The translations under genes were made by a program, and so were the position numbers. 64,000 bases of DNA from an uncultured delta proteobacterium (lineage in GTDB: Bacteria; Myxococcota_A; Polyangia; Polyangiales; Polyangiaceae): the NCBI GenBank assembly GCA_963850305.1, contig CAWKKR010000007.1, positions 736,001 through 800,000 of the forward strand. Direction: 5' to 3'. This document shows, piece by piece, positions 22,058-32,624 of this stretch. Numbering within the stretch: position 1 is the first letter of the stretch; each line of letters starts with the position of its first letter. Under the pieces are notes generated by a model. That model saw nothing but the letters and a program-made list of their open reading frames with translations. It searched no databases and had not been told where the DNA came from.

Positions 22058-23580
22058 GATTTTCGCTTCTCAGAGGCGCGCGTTCGACCGGTCCATCCGG
22101 CGCGAAGAGACGTCGCCGGCGGCATACGGAGCGAGGCGTCGCGCTCGTGCTCGTGCTCGGGGCCCTCACGATCCTCGCCGTCATGCTCACCGACTTTCAG
22201 GACGAAACGTCGTCAGAGCTCGGCAGCGCGCTCTCGGCGAGAGACTCGCTCCGCGCCGAGTACGCGGCACGCTCGGCAATTCAGCTCTCGCGACTGCTCA
22301 TCGCTTCCGAGCCGACGATTCGGAAAGGGCTCGCTCCGCTCCTGATGTTGCTCGGCGGCTCGCCTCCTCAGATCCCCGTGTGGCAGTTCGGCGACCAGAT
22401 CCTGGGAGCGTTCAACGACAAAGCCGGCGCCGCCAAGTTCGCGGCACTTGCCGGTGTCGAGATGGACAAGGGGAAGAAGCTGGGCATCGAAGGCGCCGGG
22501 TTCGACATCGACATCATCGACGAGGATTCGAAGATCAATTTGAACGCGGCGTGGAAAGATCCGCTCACTCAGGCGCGGCTGGCTGCCGAGATCATGGGCC
22601 TCATCGGGGGAGCGCAGTTCGATCCACTCTTCACCTCCCGCGATGGCGACGGACAGTATTCCGACCGGTTCACGATCTGCAGCGCCATCATCGACTGGGC
22701 CGATTCGAACCTCGAAGCGATGAACTGCGATCTGCAAAACCAGACGGGTCCGAGCACGGCGCCGGAAGACTCCTTTTATCAGCTCCTCGATCCGCCCTAT
22801 TTTCGGAAGAACGCGCCGTACGACAGCCTCGAAGAGCTCCACATGGTGCGCGGGGTGAGCGACGACTTCTGGGCAAACTTCATCGACCCCGATCCGAACG
22901 ATCCTCGCCGTCGTAACGTGACGGTCTGGGGGTCCGGAAAGATCAACGTCAACACGGCGAACGCGCAGACCATCCTCGCCCTCATCTGCGGCGGCACGAT
23001 CCCGCCCGCCAAGATGTGCATCGACCCGATCGAGGCGATGAAGTTCCTGACCTTCGTGAACGTCATCCGGACGCTGACTCAGGGCGCTCCCATCTTCGGA
23101 ACGCCTCAGTTTTTCCTCGACGCGCTCGCGCAAAAGAACTTCGTCGGTCAGATATTGCAGAAATTCGGACTCGAGCCGATCAACTTCGCCTCGGGGTCCG
23201 AGGCGAAGAAAGCGATCTCTTCGGAGAGCAAGGTCTTCACCTTCATCGCGACGGGCTACGTGAAGACCGGAAAGCGGGAGACCCGCGTGAAGATTGACGC
23301 CGTGGTCGATTTTCGGCAGGCGCCGTCACCCGCTCAGCTGCTTGCCAATCAGGTCGGTACGCAGGGGGCCAAGGCTCTGGGGCTGCCGAATCCGACGGGC
23401 ACTGGCGGCGCGGGCGGGCTCGGGACACCGGCATCGTCGAGCACCAGCGAGTTGCCGTACCCCGGTTTTTCACCCGATGGCCTGCCGGGGGGCTTGCCGC
23501 CTGGCGCCACGACCGACGGCGACATCGTCTTTCTCCTGCCGAACCCGGGCGGCAGAATCGTGTACTTTCGCATCGAGTGA
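22054..23580 (+). CDS. gspK: Minor pseudopilin GspK
   Basis: ATG at 22054; RG|VALVLVL, DEDSKINLN, AIIDWAD, SLEELHMVRGV, KINVNTA. Confidence 0.92.
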   Translation: MRFSLLRGARSTGPSGAKRRRRRHTERGVALVLVLGALTILAVMLTDFQDETSSELGSALSARDSLRAEYAARSAIQLSRLLIASEPTIRKGLAPLLMLLGGSPPQIPVWQFGDQILGAFNDKAGAAKFAALAGVEMDKGKKLGIEGAGFDIDIIDEDSKINLNAAWKDPLTQARLAAEIMGLIGGAQFDPLFTSRDGDGQYSDRFTICSAIIDWADSNLEAMNCDLQNQTGPSTAPEDSFYQLLDPPYFRKNAPYDSLEELHMVRGVSDDFWANFIDPDPNDPRRRNVTVWGSGKINVNTANAQTILALICGGTIPPAKMCIDPIEAMKFLTFVNVIRTLTQGAPIFGTPQFFLDALAQKNFVGQILQKFGLEPINFASGSEAKKAISSESKVFTFIATGYVKTGKRETRVKIDAVVDFRQAPSPAQLLANQVGTQGAKALGLPNPTGTGGAGGLGTPASSSTSELPYPGFSPDGLPGGLPPGATTDGDIVFLLPNPGGRIVYFRIE

Positions 23581-23589
23581 CGCGTTTGC

Positions 23590-25062
23590 ATGGCGAAGAT
23601 CATCGGCATCGACATTGGTAACCGGTACGTCCGGGCCGTGCTGCTTTCGACGCGCTACCGCAAGGTCGCGCTCGAGTCGCTCACGGAGATCGATCGCGTC
23701 GAAATTCCCGACCTCGACGCGGCGGTGCAGGCGTGCCTCCTGCCCCTTGCGCCGCATAGCGACGCGGTGGCCGTGGCCGTGGACGGCGACATGGCATTCG
23801 TCCACCGGTTGAAGTTGCCGTCGACGGCCATGAAGCAGCTTGCGGCCGTGATCGTCTTCGAGCTCGAGGCACAGGTGCCGGTCGACGTGGACGACCTCGT
23901 TCACGATTTCATTCAACTGCCGCGCGAGAGCTCGGCCGCCCCCGTCGAGTGCCTGACGGCCGCCGTGCGAATCGAGCACGTGAAGCAAAGGATCGACCTC
24001 GTCAAGCGCGCCGTCTCGCACGAGGTGCAGCGCGTCGGCGTCGGCGCGCTTCCACTGGCGAACCTCTCGTCCGTGATCCCGTCCCTTGCCGTGGAGGGGC
24101 CGGTGCTGGTCCTCGAACTCGGCGACGACCGCTCGGAAGTCATCGTACTCGCCTCCGCGTATCCGGTGTACGCACGCACACTCTCCATCGGCGTCTCCGG
24201 TTTGCCCGACTCCGCGCCGGAGCTAGCTGCTCAGCTCAAACAAACGGTGACCGCTGCGTCCCTGCAGGTCGAGCAGCCCGTCGAGGCGATATTTCTGACG
24301 GGCGGCGGCGCTGCTGCCGCCGGAGCCGAAGAGTACCTGGCGGGCGAGCTCGGCATCGCCGTCATGCAGCTTCCGGAGCCGGAGCTCGACGGACTCACGG
24401 AGGAACATCGGCGAGCGCTGCCCCGCTTTGCGCGGGCGCTCGGGCTGGCGCTGGGTCTGCGCGGGCGACCCCGCGACCTCGACCTGCGTCAAGGGCCGCT
24501 CTCGTTCCAGCGTGGGTTTGCGTTCATCAAGGAGAAAGCCCCGGTCCTCGCCGCGCTCGGCGGCACGATTCTCCTGTCCTTCCTGTTCGCGACGTGGGCG
24601 GAGATGCGGTCGCTGAAGCACGATCACGGGCGTCTGTCGAAAGAGCTCGCGTCGCTGTCGAAGGATGCATTCCGTGAAGAATCCGACGATCCGGATCACG
24701 TGCGCGAGTTGCTCGACAGCGCTGCGGCGCGCGCCGAGATCGACCCCATGCCGCACGCTGACGGCTTCGACGTCATGGTAGCGCTATCCAAGGCCGTTCC
24801 AATCACGATCACGCACGACGTGGAAGAACTCGACGTCTCGCGGGATCATACGAAGCTTCGCGGGGTCGTGGGATCCGCGTCCGAGGCGCAGACGATTGCG
24901 GACGCGCTCCAGAAGAACCCATGCTTCACCGACGTGAAGATCACGAAGGTGAGCCAGGTGGTGAACGGCACGCGACAGAAGTACGTCCTCGAGAGTGATC
25001 TGAAGTGCCCGGAGGATGCCGTGGCGAGAAAGAAGGCCGACGCCGAGGAGGGGGAAAAGTGA
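23590..25062 (+). CDS. gspL: GspL (PilM-like actin-fold domain + TM + PilN-like periplasmic domain)
   Basis: IGIDIG, FELEAQVP, FLTGGGA, one TM, position between gspK and gspM. Confidence 0.82.
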   Translation: MAKIIGIDIGNRYVRAVLLSTRYRKVALESLTEIDRVEIPDLDAAVQACLLPLAPHSDAVAVAVDGDMAFVHRLKLPSTAMKQLAAVIVFELEAQVPVDVDDLVHDFIQLPRESSAAPVECLTAAVRIEHVKQRIDLVKRAVSHEVQRVGVGALPLANLSSVIPSLAVEGPVLVLELGDDRSEVIVLASAYPVYARTLSIGVSGLPDSAPELAAQLKQTVTAASLQVEQPVEAIFLTGGGAAAAGAEEYLAGELGIAVMQLPEPELDGLTEEHRRALPRFARALGLALGLRGRPRDLDLRQGPLSFQRGFAFIKEKAPVLAALGGTILLSFLFATWAEMRSLKHDHGRLSKELASLSKDAFREESDDPDHVRELLDSAAARAEIDPMPHADGFDVMVALSKAVPITITHDVEELDVSRDHTKLRGVVGSASEAQTIADALQKNPCFTDVKITKVSQVVNGTRQKYVLESDLKCPEDAVARKKADAEEGEK

Positions 25063-25658
25063 ACGCCGCCAGCCTGCGCGAACGGTACGATCAACTCGAG
25101 CCGAGGGAGCAGAAGCTGGCGCTCGGGTTCGTTGGGGTTTTCGCCGTGATCGCGATCGTGATCGGGCCGCTCGCGCTGTCCGCCTCTGTCGCGTCCGAGA
25201 AGAAGGAGAACGAGGCGATCCGAGACGTCATGGCTGCGATCGCTGACGCTCGCCCGTCGCTGGAACAGGAGGAGGCGCAGCGGCAGCGCGTGCTTGCGCG
25301 CTACGCTCGGCGGGCACCGCCTCTGGCCGGCTTTCTCGAGCAGCTCGCGAGCACGCACAACATCGAGATCCCCGAGAGTCAGGATCATCCGCCGGTTCCT
25401 CACCTCAACAAAAAGTACGAGGAGCGGTCCACGAAGATCGAGCTCCAAAAGGTCGGGATGAAGAACCTCGCGCTGTTCCTCGAGGCGATCGAGACGTCGG
25501 GATACCCGGTGCGGATCTCCTCGCTCAACCTTCGAAAGCGCCTCGGAGAAAATGATTCATGGGACGTGTCGCTCAGCGTCTCCGCGTACGACCGGAAGCA
25601 GCCCGAGAAAACGGCGCAGCCCGCGGCGAGCAGTGACGCGCCGGAGGAGCCGAAGTGA
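25059..25658 (+). CDS. gspM: Type II secretion protein GspM
   Basis: GTG 25059 overlaps the gspL stop; LEPREQKL followed by a TM helix and coiled coil. Confidence 0.8.
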   Translation: MNAASLRERYDQLEPREQKLALGFVGVFAVIAIVIGPLALSASVASEKKENEAIRDVMAAIADARPSLEQEEAQRQRVLARYARRAPPLAGFLEQLASTHNIEIPESQDHPPVPHLNKKYEERSTKIELQKVGMKNLALFLEAIETSGYPVRISSLNLRKRLGENDSWDVSLSVSAYDRKQPEKTAQPAASSDAPEEPK

Positions 25659-26734
25659 CGCCGCGCCTCCAGAAGACGTTCGCGTGGGTGGGTTACCCCT
25701 TGTTCTACTTCGCGTGTCTTGTCATCTTTTGTTACGTATGCTTGCCCTGGGATCGTGTGAAGACGGCAATCGTCTCGAGCTTCAACGGATCCTCGGCGAC
25801 GCGGCTCCAGATCGACAAGCTGACGTGGTCGTTTCGTTTCCCAGGCGTCGTGGCCAAGGGCGTGAGGTTTATTGGAGCCACGCCGCCCACCGAAGGTGGC
25901 GCGAAGCCCAAGGCCCCTCCCGAATACGACATGGACGAGATGTACGCCCGCGTTTCCGTGCTCCCATTACTCTGGGGCACGACGAAGCTCGCGTTCTCTC
26001 TGGACGGATTCGGGGGAAATGTCGACGGCGAGGTCAAGTCCGCGCCGGACTCCCGCGACGTCACGCTCGAACTCGACGGCGTCGACGCGGCGAAGACTCC
26101 GTATCTGTCGGACATGCTTGGCGTCCCCGTTGGGGGAACGGTCACCGGCAAGATTGACTTGAAGCTCCCTCAGGGAAAGCTCTCCCTCGCGGACGGAACC
26201 GTGGACCTCGAGATCTCGGACTTCGAGATCGGCGACGGCAAGACCAAGATTCGCGAGATGATCGCACTCCCGAAGGTCAAGGCTGGAACATTTCACTTCA
26301 AGGCGGATGTCACCGAGGGGACGGTCAAGCTCACCGAGCTATCCACGAAGGGACCGGATCTCGATCTCGTGTCCGACGGTCGAATCCGTCTGACGGATAT
26401 CCCACAGACGAGTCTCGTCGAGCTCAACCTTCGTTTCAGATTTTCGGATGCTTACAAGAACAAGGACGACATGACCCGCAGTATCTTCGGAGCTCCCGGA
26501 TCGACCGTCCCAGGCATCTTCGATCTCGATCCGAAGATGAAGCGAGCCAAGCGCGAGGACGGTTTCTATGTCTGGCGGATCTCTGGTCCTCTCGAGCGTC
26601 CGAGCGTGCAGCCCGCCGCGTCGCCGCTGTCCGAGCGTGGCCGCGGGAGACGTTCTCAGCTTCGCGGATTCGCGCCGAGAGGGTTGCGTTCGGCGCCCGC
26701 GGAGACGGAGCCGCCGGAAGCTCCGATGCCTTGA
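25655..26734 (+). CDS. gspN: Type II secretion protein GspN (deltaproteobacterial type)
   Basis: N-terminal TM then LPWDRVK, beta-rich body; last gene of the gsp operon. Confidence 0.78.
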   Translation: MTPRLQKTFAWVGYPLFYFACLVIFCYVCLPWDRVKTAIVSSFNGSSATRLQIDKLTWSFRFPGVVAKGVRFIGATPPTEGGAKPKAPPEYDMDEMYARVSVLPLLWGTTKLAFSLDGFGGNVDGEVKSAPDSRDVTLELDGVDAAKTPYLSDMLGVPVGGTVTGKIDLKLPQGKLSLADGTVDLEISDFEIGDGKTKIREMIALPKVKAGTFHFKADVTEGTVKLTELSTKGPDLDLVSDGRIRLTDIPQTSLVELNLRFRFSDAYKNKDDMTRSIFGAPGSTVPGIFDLDPKMKRAKREDGFYVWRISGPLERPSVQPAASPLSERGRGRRSQLRGFAPRGLRSAPAETEPPEAPMP

Positions 26735-29700
26735 TCAGACGTCGACGCTGACTTCGAGTCGCGCCCGCAGGCCGAAGTACTGCTCTCCGATGGCGTAGAG
26801 GACGAGGTCCTTCAACCTGGCCTGCGCGTTCAGAGCGCTCGAGCTCTCGTCGGACGCGCGAACGATCTCCACCGCCGTTTCGAGATCGTGGGCGAGGATC
26901 AGCCCGATGCGATCGGCCGTGAGATCTACGCCCTGGATCCAGCGCTTCAAATCGAGGGCCGCGCCGGATTGGATGAGCTTCGAGACGACGCGGGCGAGGT
27001 GATCGCGGAGCTGCGGCGTCAAATGCCGCTCGAGCGCATCGATGGCTTCTCGTACGGCACGCTCGATGTCGGGCGCCATGGGAAACTGCGGAACGTTCAG
27101 CTTGATCGCGGCGAACAGCCAGGAGCGGAGCCCCGTGCCCGACTGAACGAGCTGGCGCGCATAGAACCCCGGCCGGAAATACGCGAGGTGCCGCGCGGCA
27201 ACGAACGCGAGCGCCTGGGACGATGCGTTCGCCGTGAGAGCCGCTGCGCCGAGCGAGATCGCCGGCTCCTCCGCGTGAAAGAAGCCCAGGCCGCCGGGGT
27301 CCCCCGGATTCTCGAAGATGGGCGGCAAAGCGAGGCCCATGACGCCCGCGGCGTAGTGCAGGGTCTGCGTGAGCGGGTAGGGGTGCTGGGTAGGGTCTAC
27401 AGCGGTGCGTGGATCGAGTCCGAGCGCGTCCCAGCTCGAGCCTCGCGAGGCAATGATGGCGGGCTCGATGAGCGCGAACAGGCTGGTCAGCATGGCGTCC
27501 GCGTCCGCATGCATGACGCTCTCGAGCCAGTCGTCCGCGGTCATGACCGAGCGCGCATACGCCGGATCCTCGGAGCGCATGCGCCGGAAAAACCGTTCCT
27601 CGTCCGGCTCGGCAAGCTTCAGGACGTAGAGCGCCTGACACAGGCACCACGCAGGATCCGCCCGCTGCTGATCCGTGTAGAGTTTCCGGAGGAGTTTGTA
27701 GGACTCGACCCGATACGGGTTCTGGCGCAGCATCGCGAGCTGTGCGAGCACCGCCTTCTCCATGTAACGCTCGGGGTAAGCGGCATAGAGCTCGGCGAGT
27801 AGCCTGTTGCGCTCGGCGTTGTCGGGTTCGAGGGTCTGAGCCGCCTCGAGCGCGTCGACGGAATGCCCGATCCGCCCCAGCTTCTCCTTGTAGAGGGGCG
27901 CAAGCTTGTTGAAGGCCTCGAGCATCCGCGCCGTGTCCTTCGCGTCGCTCGCCGCCTTGGCCTTGTCCTTGAGCCGCTCTACGGCTGCGGCGAAGTCGCC
28001 CTTCTCTTCGAGGAGCTCGATGGATTCATCGGCGGATTTGGGATTCCCCGGGTCGAGCGCATTGACTCGATCGTAATACTCGAGCGCGCGATCATAGTCG
28101 CGCATCTCACGGCCCGTGACCATCGCCGCCGTGTGCAGGTACTTGATCTTCTGCTTCGGGTCGTCGACGAAGTCCGCGAGCTTCAACACGACGTCGACGA
28201 GCTTGTGCCAGTCTTTTTCCTCGCTGTAGAGCTGCATCAAGCGCGCGAGAAGCTTTCTGTCGTCGGGCCGCTCGTCGAGGGCGGCAACGAGGCTCTTCGT
28301 CGCGAGCGCGCGGTCCGCGAGCTTGTTCGCGGCGACCTCACCGACCTCGACGAGGAGCGTGAGACGCGTCTCGCCCGACGCGATGTCCAGGTGCCGTGTC
28401 TTCGCGTCGACGACCTTGTCCCAGCTGCCCTTCGCCTCGTGGGCGCTCGCGAGCGCGATCAGTGGCTCCGGATTCGATCGGATCGAGATCGGCCGCCGCC
28501 TCGAGCGACTCCACCGCGAGGTCGAGATCTCCGGCTCGTCTCGCGGCTTCGCCCTCGCGGTACTTCGCGAGGGCCCGTTCCGTCGACGTCAGGGATTCCG
28601 AGAACCTCCCGAGGAGCGTCGTGTACATCTCGCGCGCCCGCGCCGGCGACCCGTGTTCGAACGTGACCTGCGCGACGCGCGAAAGCGCGGACAGCGTCGT
28701 CCGGGGCCAGGATCAGGAGCGCGTCCATTGCCGCCAGGGCCTTCTCCGTGGAGCCGCTCTTCGCGAGACAATCGACGTATCGCTCGAGAGCGTGCACCGC
28801 CGCGTCGTGCCCGAGAGCGTCGACGCGCGCCGCAAGCTTCTCGTAGAACGCGGCTGCCTCGACGAAACGGCTCGAATCGAAGGCGATATCGGCCACGACC
28901 GTCAGCGCGTCGGTGTCCGTCGGGTCTTGATCGAGCGCACGCCTCGCGGCTCGCTCCGCACGCTCGTCGTCCCTGAGTTTGGTCCGGCAGAGTACGGCGA
29001 GCTCCGTCGTGAGCTTGGCGCGCTGCCGGTCGCCCTCGGTGGTGGCGATCTCGCGCTCGAGGAGCTCGACCGCAGCCGTGACGTCCCCGCCCGCGATGTA
29101 CGCAGCGCGCAGCGCAGCGGCGACGCCCGCATCTTGCGGCACGGCGTCGAGGGCCTTCTTGTATCGCTCGATGGCGCGGTCCCGATCGCCTCGGCCTTCC
29201 AGGAGTTTCGCAGCTCGTGTAAGATGTTCGGCCTTCGCTTCGGGCGAGGTCGCTTTCTCGGCGAGCGTCTCGAGCGCGGCGAGCGCCGCGTCTTCGTCGC
29301 CGGAGAGCTCGCGCAACCGAGCCAGCTCGGAGAGGGCCCCCGCATGTTCCGGATCGACCGAGAGAACCCGCTCGTACCCCGCGAGGGCCCGGTCCGTCGA
29401 ACGAATCTCGTCGGCCAGGACCTTGGACGCTGACAGGGAGAGCTCGAGCTTTCGCGTGGCGTCCGACACCAGCGCGATGTGTCGCTCATAGAGCGTGGCG
29501 AGATCCTCCCACCGTGCAAGCGATCGATAATGACGGGCGAGGTTCGTCAGCGAGGCGTCATGGGTCGGATCGAGTTCCAGTACCTGCTCGAGCGCAAAGG
29601 CTGCCTTGGCGTGATCGAGAAACTCTTCGTCGTGAACGCCTGCAACGCGCTCCCACAGGGCAATTTTTTGTCGAGGCGTCGTCGCGATCTGGATCTGCTG

Positions 29701-32054
29701 TCCGAGGTTCTCGAGGAGCTCACTGAAACGTCCCGCCTTGCTGTAGAGGCGATCCAGGCCACGGAGCGCATCCGGATTTCCCGGGTCCTCGGCGAGGATG
29801 GCGGAGTAACGCTTCGTCGCTTCGACGTCGTCGTTGAGTCGATCTTCGTACGTCTCGGCGATGCGACACAGCACTCTTCGCCGCTCGTCGCCGCGGAGGG
29901 ACGCAGCTTGCAGATCGAGGAGCTTGACGAGATTCACGTAGTCGTGAGCTTCGCCGAACAAGCGAGTCAGCGCTTCCGCCGCGCGCGCGTGACCCGGATC
30001 GGCGGCGAGCACCTGCCCGTAGAGCTCGCGGGCGGATGCGGGATCGTTCAGCTGCGTCTCGAGAATCACGGCGGCGTCACACTTGAGATCGCGGGCCTTC
30101 GGCTGATCCATCGTCGCTTCGGCGCGCCGGAGGAGCAGCGCGCCGAGCTCGGGCCACTGCTGGGCTTTGCGATAGAGCGCACCGAGGCCGTCCATGGCTT
30201 CTTCGTTGGCTGGATCCGTCGTCAGGATTGCCTGGAAGCATTGCAACGCGAGGTCCGGGCGCGAGTAGCGGTCGCGATACCAGGCGCCCATCCTCGAGAA
30301 GAGCGGATTCTTCATCTCCGGCGGCTGCTCCGACGTGGAAGCCTCATTGCAAGTCGCGAGAACGTCGCCCCAGGCGGTCGGGTTGGTCCCTGCCAGTCGC
30401 TCGATCTCGCTCGCGTACTCCTCGCACCGCGGGTCCTCGCAGAACGCCTGGGTCAGCGCCACGAGCGCCTGCTCCGAGTCCCGTAGCTCGGTCGCGTACA
30501 ACCGGCCGATTCGCGCGAGGAGCTCCGCGCGAGCCGCCCCCGGATCGCATTGCTCCGTTCGCTCGAGCAATGACTCAATCAGCTCCTCGTACTTTCCGAG
30601 TGTCCTCCGCAGTTCGTCGAGGCGCGCAACGGCAGTTCCGTCGCTCGGATCGATCGCAACGATCGCGGCGTAGGCCTTTTCCGCGCCGTCGGGGCTCGAT
30701 GCGGACTCCATATAAATGCGCCCGGCCCGGTACAAGAGCCCCTTGGCGGCGTTCTTCGCGGCGTCCTCCGTGCTCAGATCGATTTGCTCGGCCGCAAGCG
30801 CGAGGGCTTCCGCGACCTGCGCCGCGTCGGCACCTTCGGCCACCGCGGATTCGAGCGACAGCGCGGCTTCCTCGTCCTCGGGGTTTGCGAGCACGGCATC
30901 GACGCGACGGACCAGCTCCTCTTCCTGGATGGTCACGGGTGGGACCGAGACCTGGGCGGGCTTTCCCAGGCCCGCGAGGGCGCTGCGCACGGCGTCCACG
31001 CTCGCCGGGCGGCCCGACGGATCCTTCGCGAGGAGCGAGAGGACGAGCGCGTCGAATCCTTCGTGACCCAGCCGCGCGGCGCGACGGTGCTCGGGGGCCG
31101 CGGGGCCTCCGAGAGGTGCGCCACGATCGCGTCGGCGACGCTCTTGGTCTCGAAGGCGGGCTTGCCCGTGATGAGCTCGAACAGCAGCGCCCCGAAGGAG
31201 TACACGTCGCTTCGAGGCGTCGGCGCGTGACCGCGGAGCTGCTCTGGCGCCACGGTCTTCGGCGAGCTGAGTGACCACCGGTCGACGTGCCCGTTCGCCT
31301 TCACACGCGCGCGCAAGCGGTCTCCGAACGCGTCCTGGAGAACCAGCCGCGGCGCGCCGTCCGCGGTGCGATAGACGAGCACGTTTTCCAGCTTGAGGTT
31401 CCCGTGAACGAGGCGTTCGGCGTGGAAAGCTCCGAGCACGTCGAGGAGGGACTGCAACAGGTCGCGCGCTTCGTTCAGGTGCATGGGCCCCGTACGCGCG
31501 ACGCGCGCCGAGAGCGGCTGTCCCTCAATCGCTTCCTGTGCGATGTAGTGACGGCCACCGACGACGCCCGTGCGGAGCCGCCAGGGTAAGCCCTGGTGCC
31601 GGACCCGCGCTCCGAGCCGGGTCAGTGTCAGAAAGCGCCGGAGGGCCCGCTGGTCGCGGGCGACCTCGGTGCGCAGCACCTTCAGGCGGATGTCGCCATC
31701 ATCCGTGCGGGCGATGTACGTGATGCCGAGCGGTCCCTCACCGAGCTTCCGCGCGATGAGATACGGACCGAGCCGGTCGCCCAGCTGGACGTCGTCCTCG
31801 ACGGGCAGGCCGCGAAGCCCGAGCTCCGTCACCTCGGGGCTCACGCCGCTCTTCGAAAGGACCACCGCGTCGCACAGCGCTTCGAGCGCCTCGTGCTGGA
31901 TGCAGTGATCCGTCAGGGCGCGGGCGAAGGAGCCCTTGCCCGCAGTGCCACCCACGGATTCCGGCTCGAATCCGAGCAAGTCGCGGCTTAGCGCCAGTAG
32001 TTCCTCGAGCTCGAACAGGCGCTCGAGCTCCGCGCGGAGCGTGTCGATCTCCAT
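26735..32054 (-). CDS. Giant protein: EAD-like N-terminal domain + Ser/Thr pseudokinase + TPR array (three 1-nt frameshifts near 31055, 28690, 28478)
   Basis: ORFs 30933..32120, 28459..31278, 28338..28628 and 26735..28240 join with single-base corrections (WVTKDFDALVL; DDA-ALSRVAQV; LDPSNPEPLIAL). ATG at 32054. Kinase motifs GEGPLG, HGNLKLEN, APE, DVYSFG. Confidence 0.85.
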
Positions 32055-32231
32055 GAGAATCTCCTCGGAGGGGGCGGTCGTGACCTGTTCCCGGCCTTCG
32101 CCCCGCGCGGATGTTAGCAAACCAGCGGACTCGTCGAGGGCCTATCCCGCAAAAAGGCGGGATATCTCGCGGGGTTTAGCAGCGGCGCCAATTTCTTTCC
32201 TGTCGGCAAGGGTCGTGCGACCGTCCCCGTC

Positions 32232-32525
32232 GTGTCGCAGTCCTCGCACCTGCTCCAGCGTTTGCTTCCCATCGCGGTGCTCGCCCTGGCCATCGTGTCG
32301 GTTCCCACGATGCTCCTGTCGCGAACGGGCGTTCCTCGTCTCCGGGCACTTAACGAAGAGAAAGTGCGGGTAAACACGGAGGTCTCCCGACTCAGCGAGC
32401 AGATCCGTCAGCTCCGGTCCGAGGTCGACCGAGTTAAGTCCGATCCGTCGAAGGTCGAGCAGGTCGCTCGTGACCAGCTCGGGCTCCTTCGACAGACGGA
32501 GCTCGTGTTCCAGTTTGGACCGTAG
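32232..32525 (+). CDS. ftsB: Septum formation initiator FtsB/DivIC family
   Basis: TM, coiled coil, then VKSDPSKVEQVARDQLGLLRQTELVFQF. Confidence 0.85.
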   Translation: MSQSSHLLQRLLPIAVLALAIVSVPTMLLSRTGVPRLRALNEEKVRVNTEVSRLSEQIRQLRSEVDRVKSDPSKVEQVARDQLGLLRQTELVFQFGP

Positions 32526-32624
32526 TCGCGGTCGTGCGAGGACGACCTGGTTGGCAAAGTCGGCCCCGACGAAGAGTCCCGACGTTCCCGCGGTGCCGCG
32601 GGCCCTCCGAGCCGCGACGAGCGG

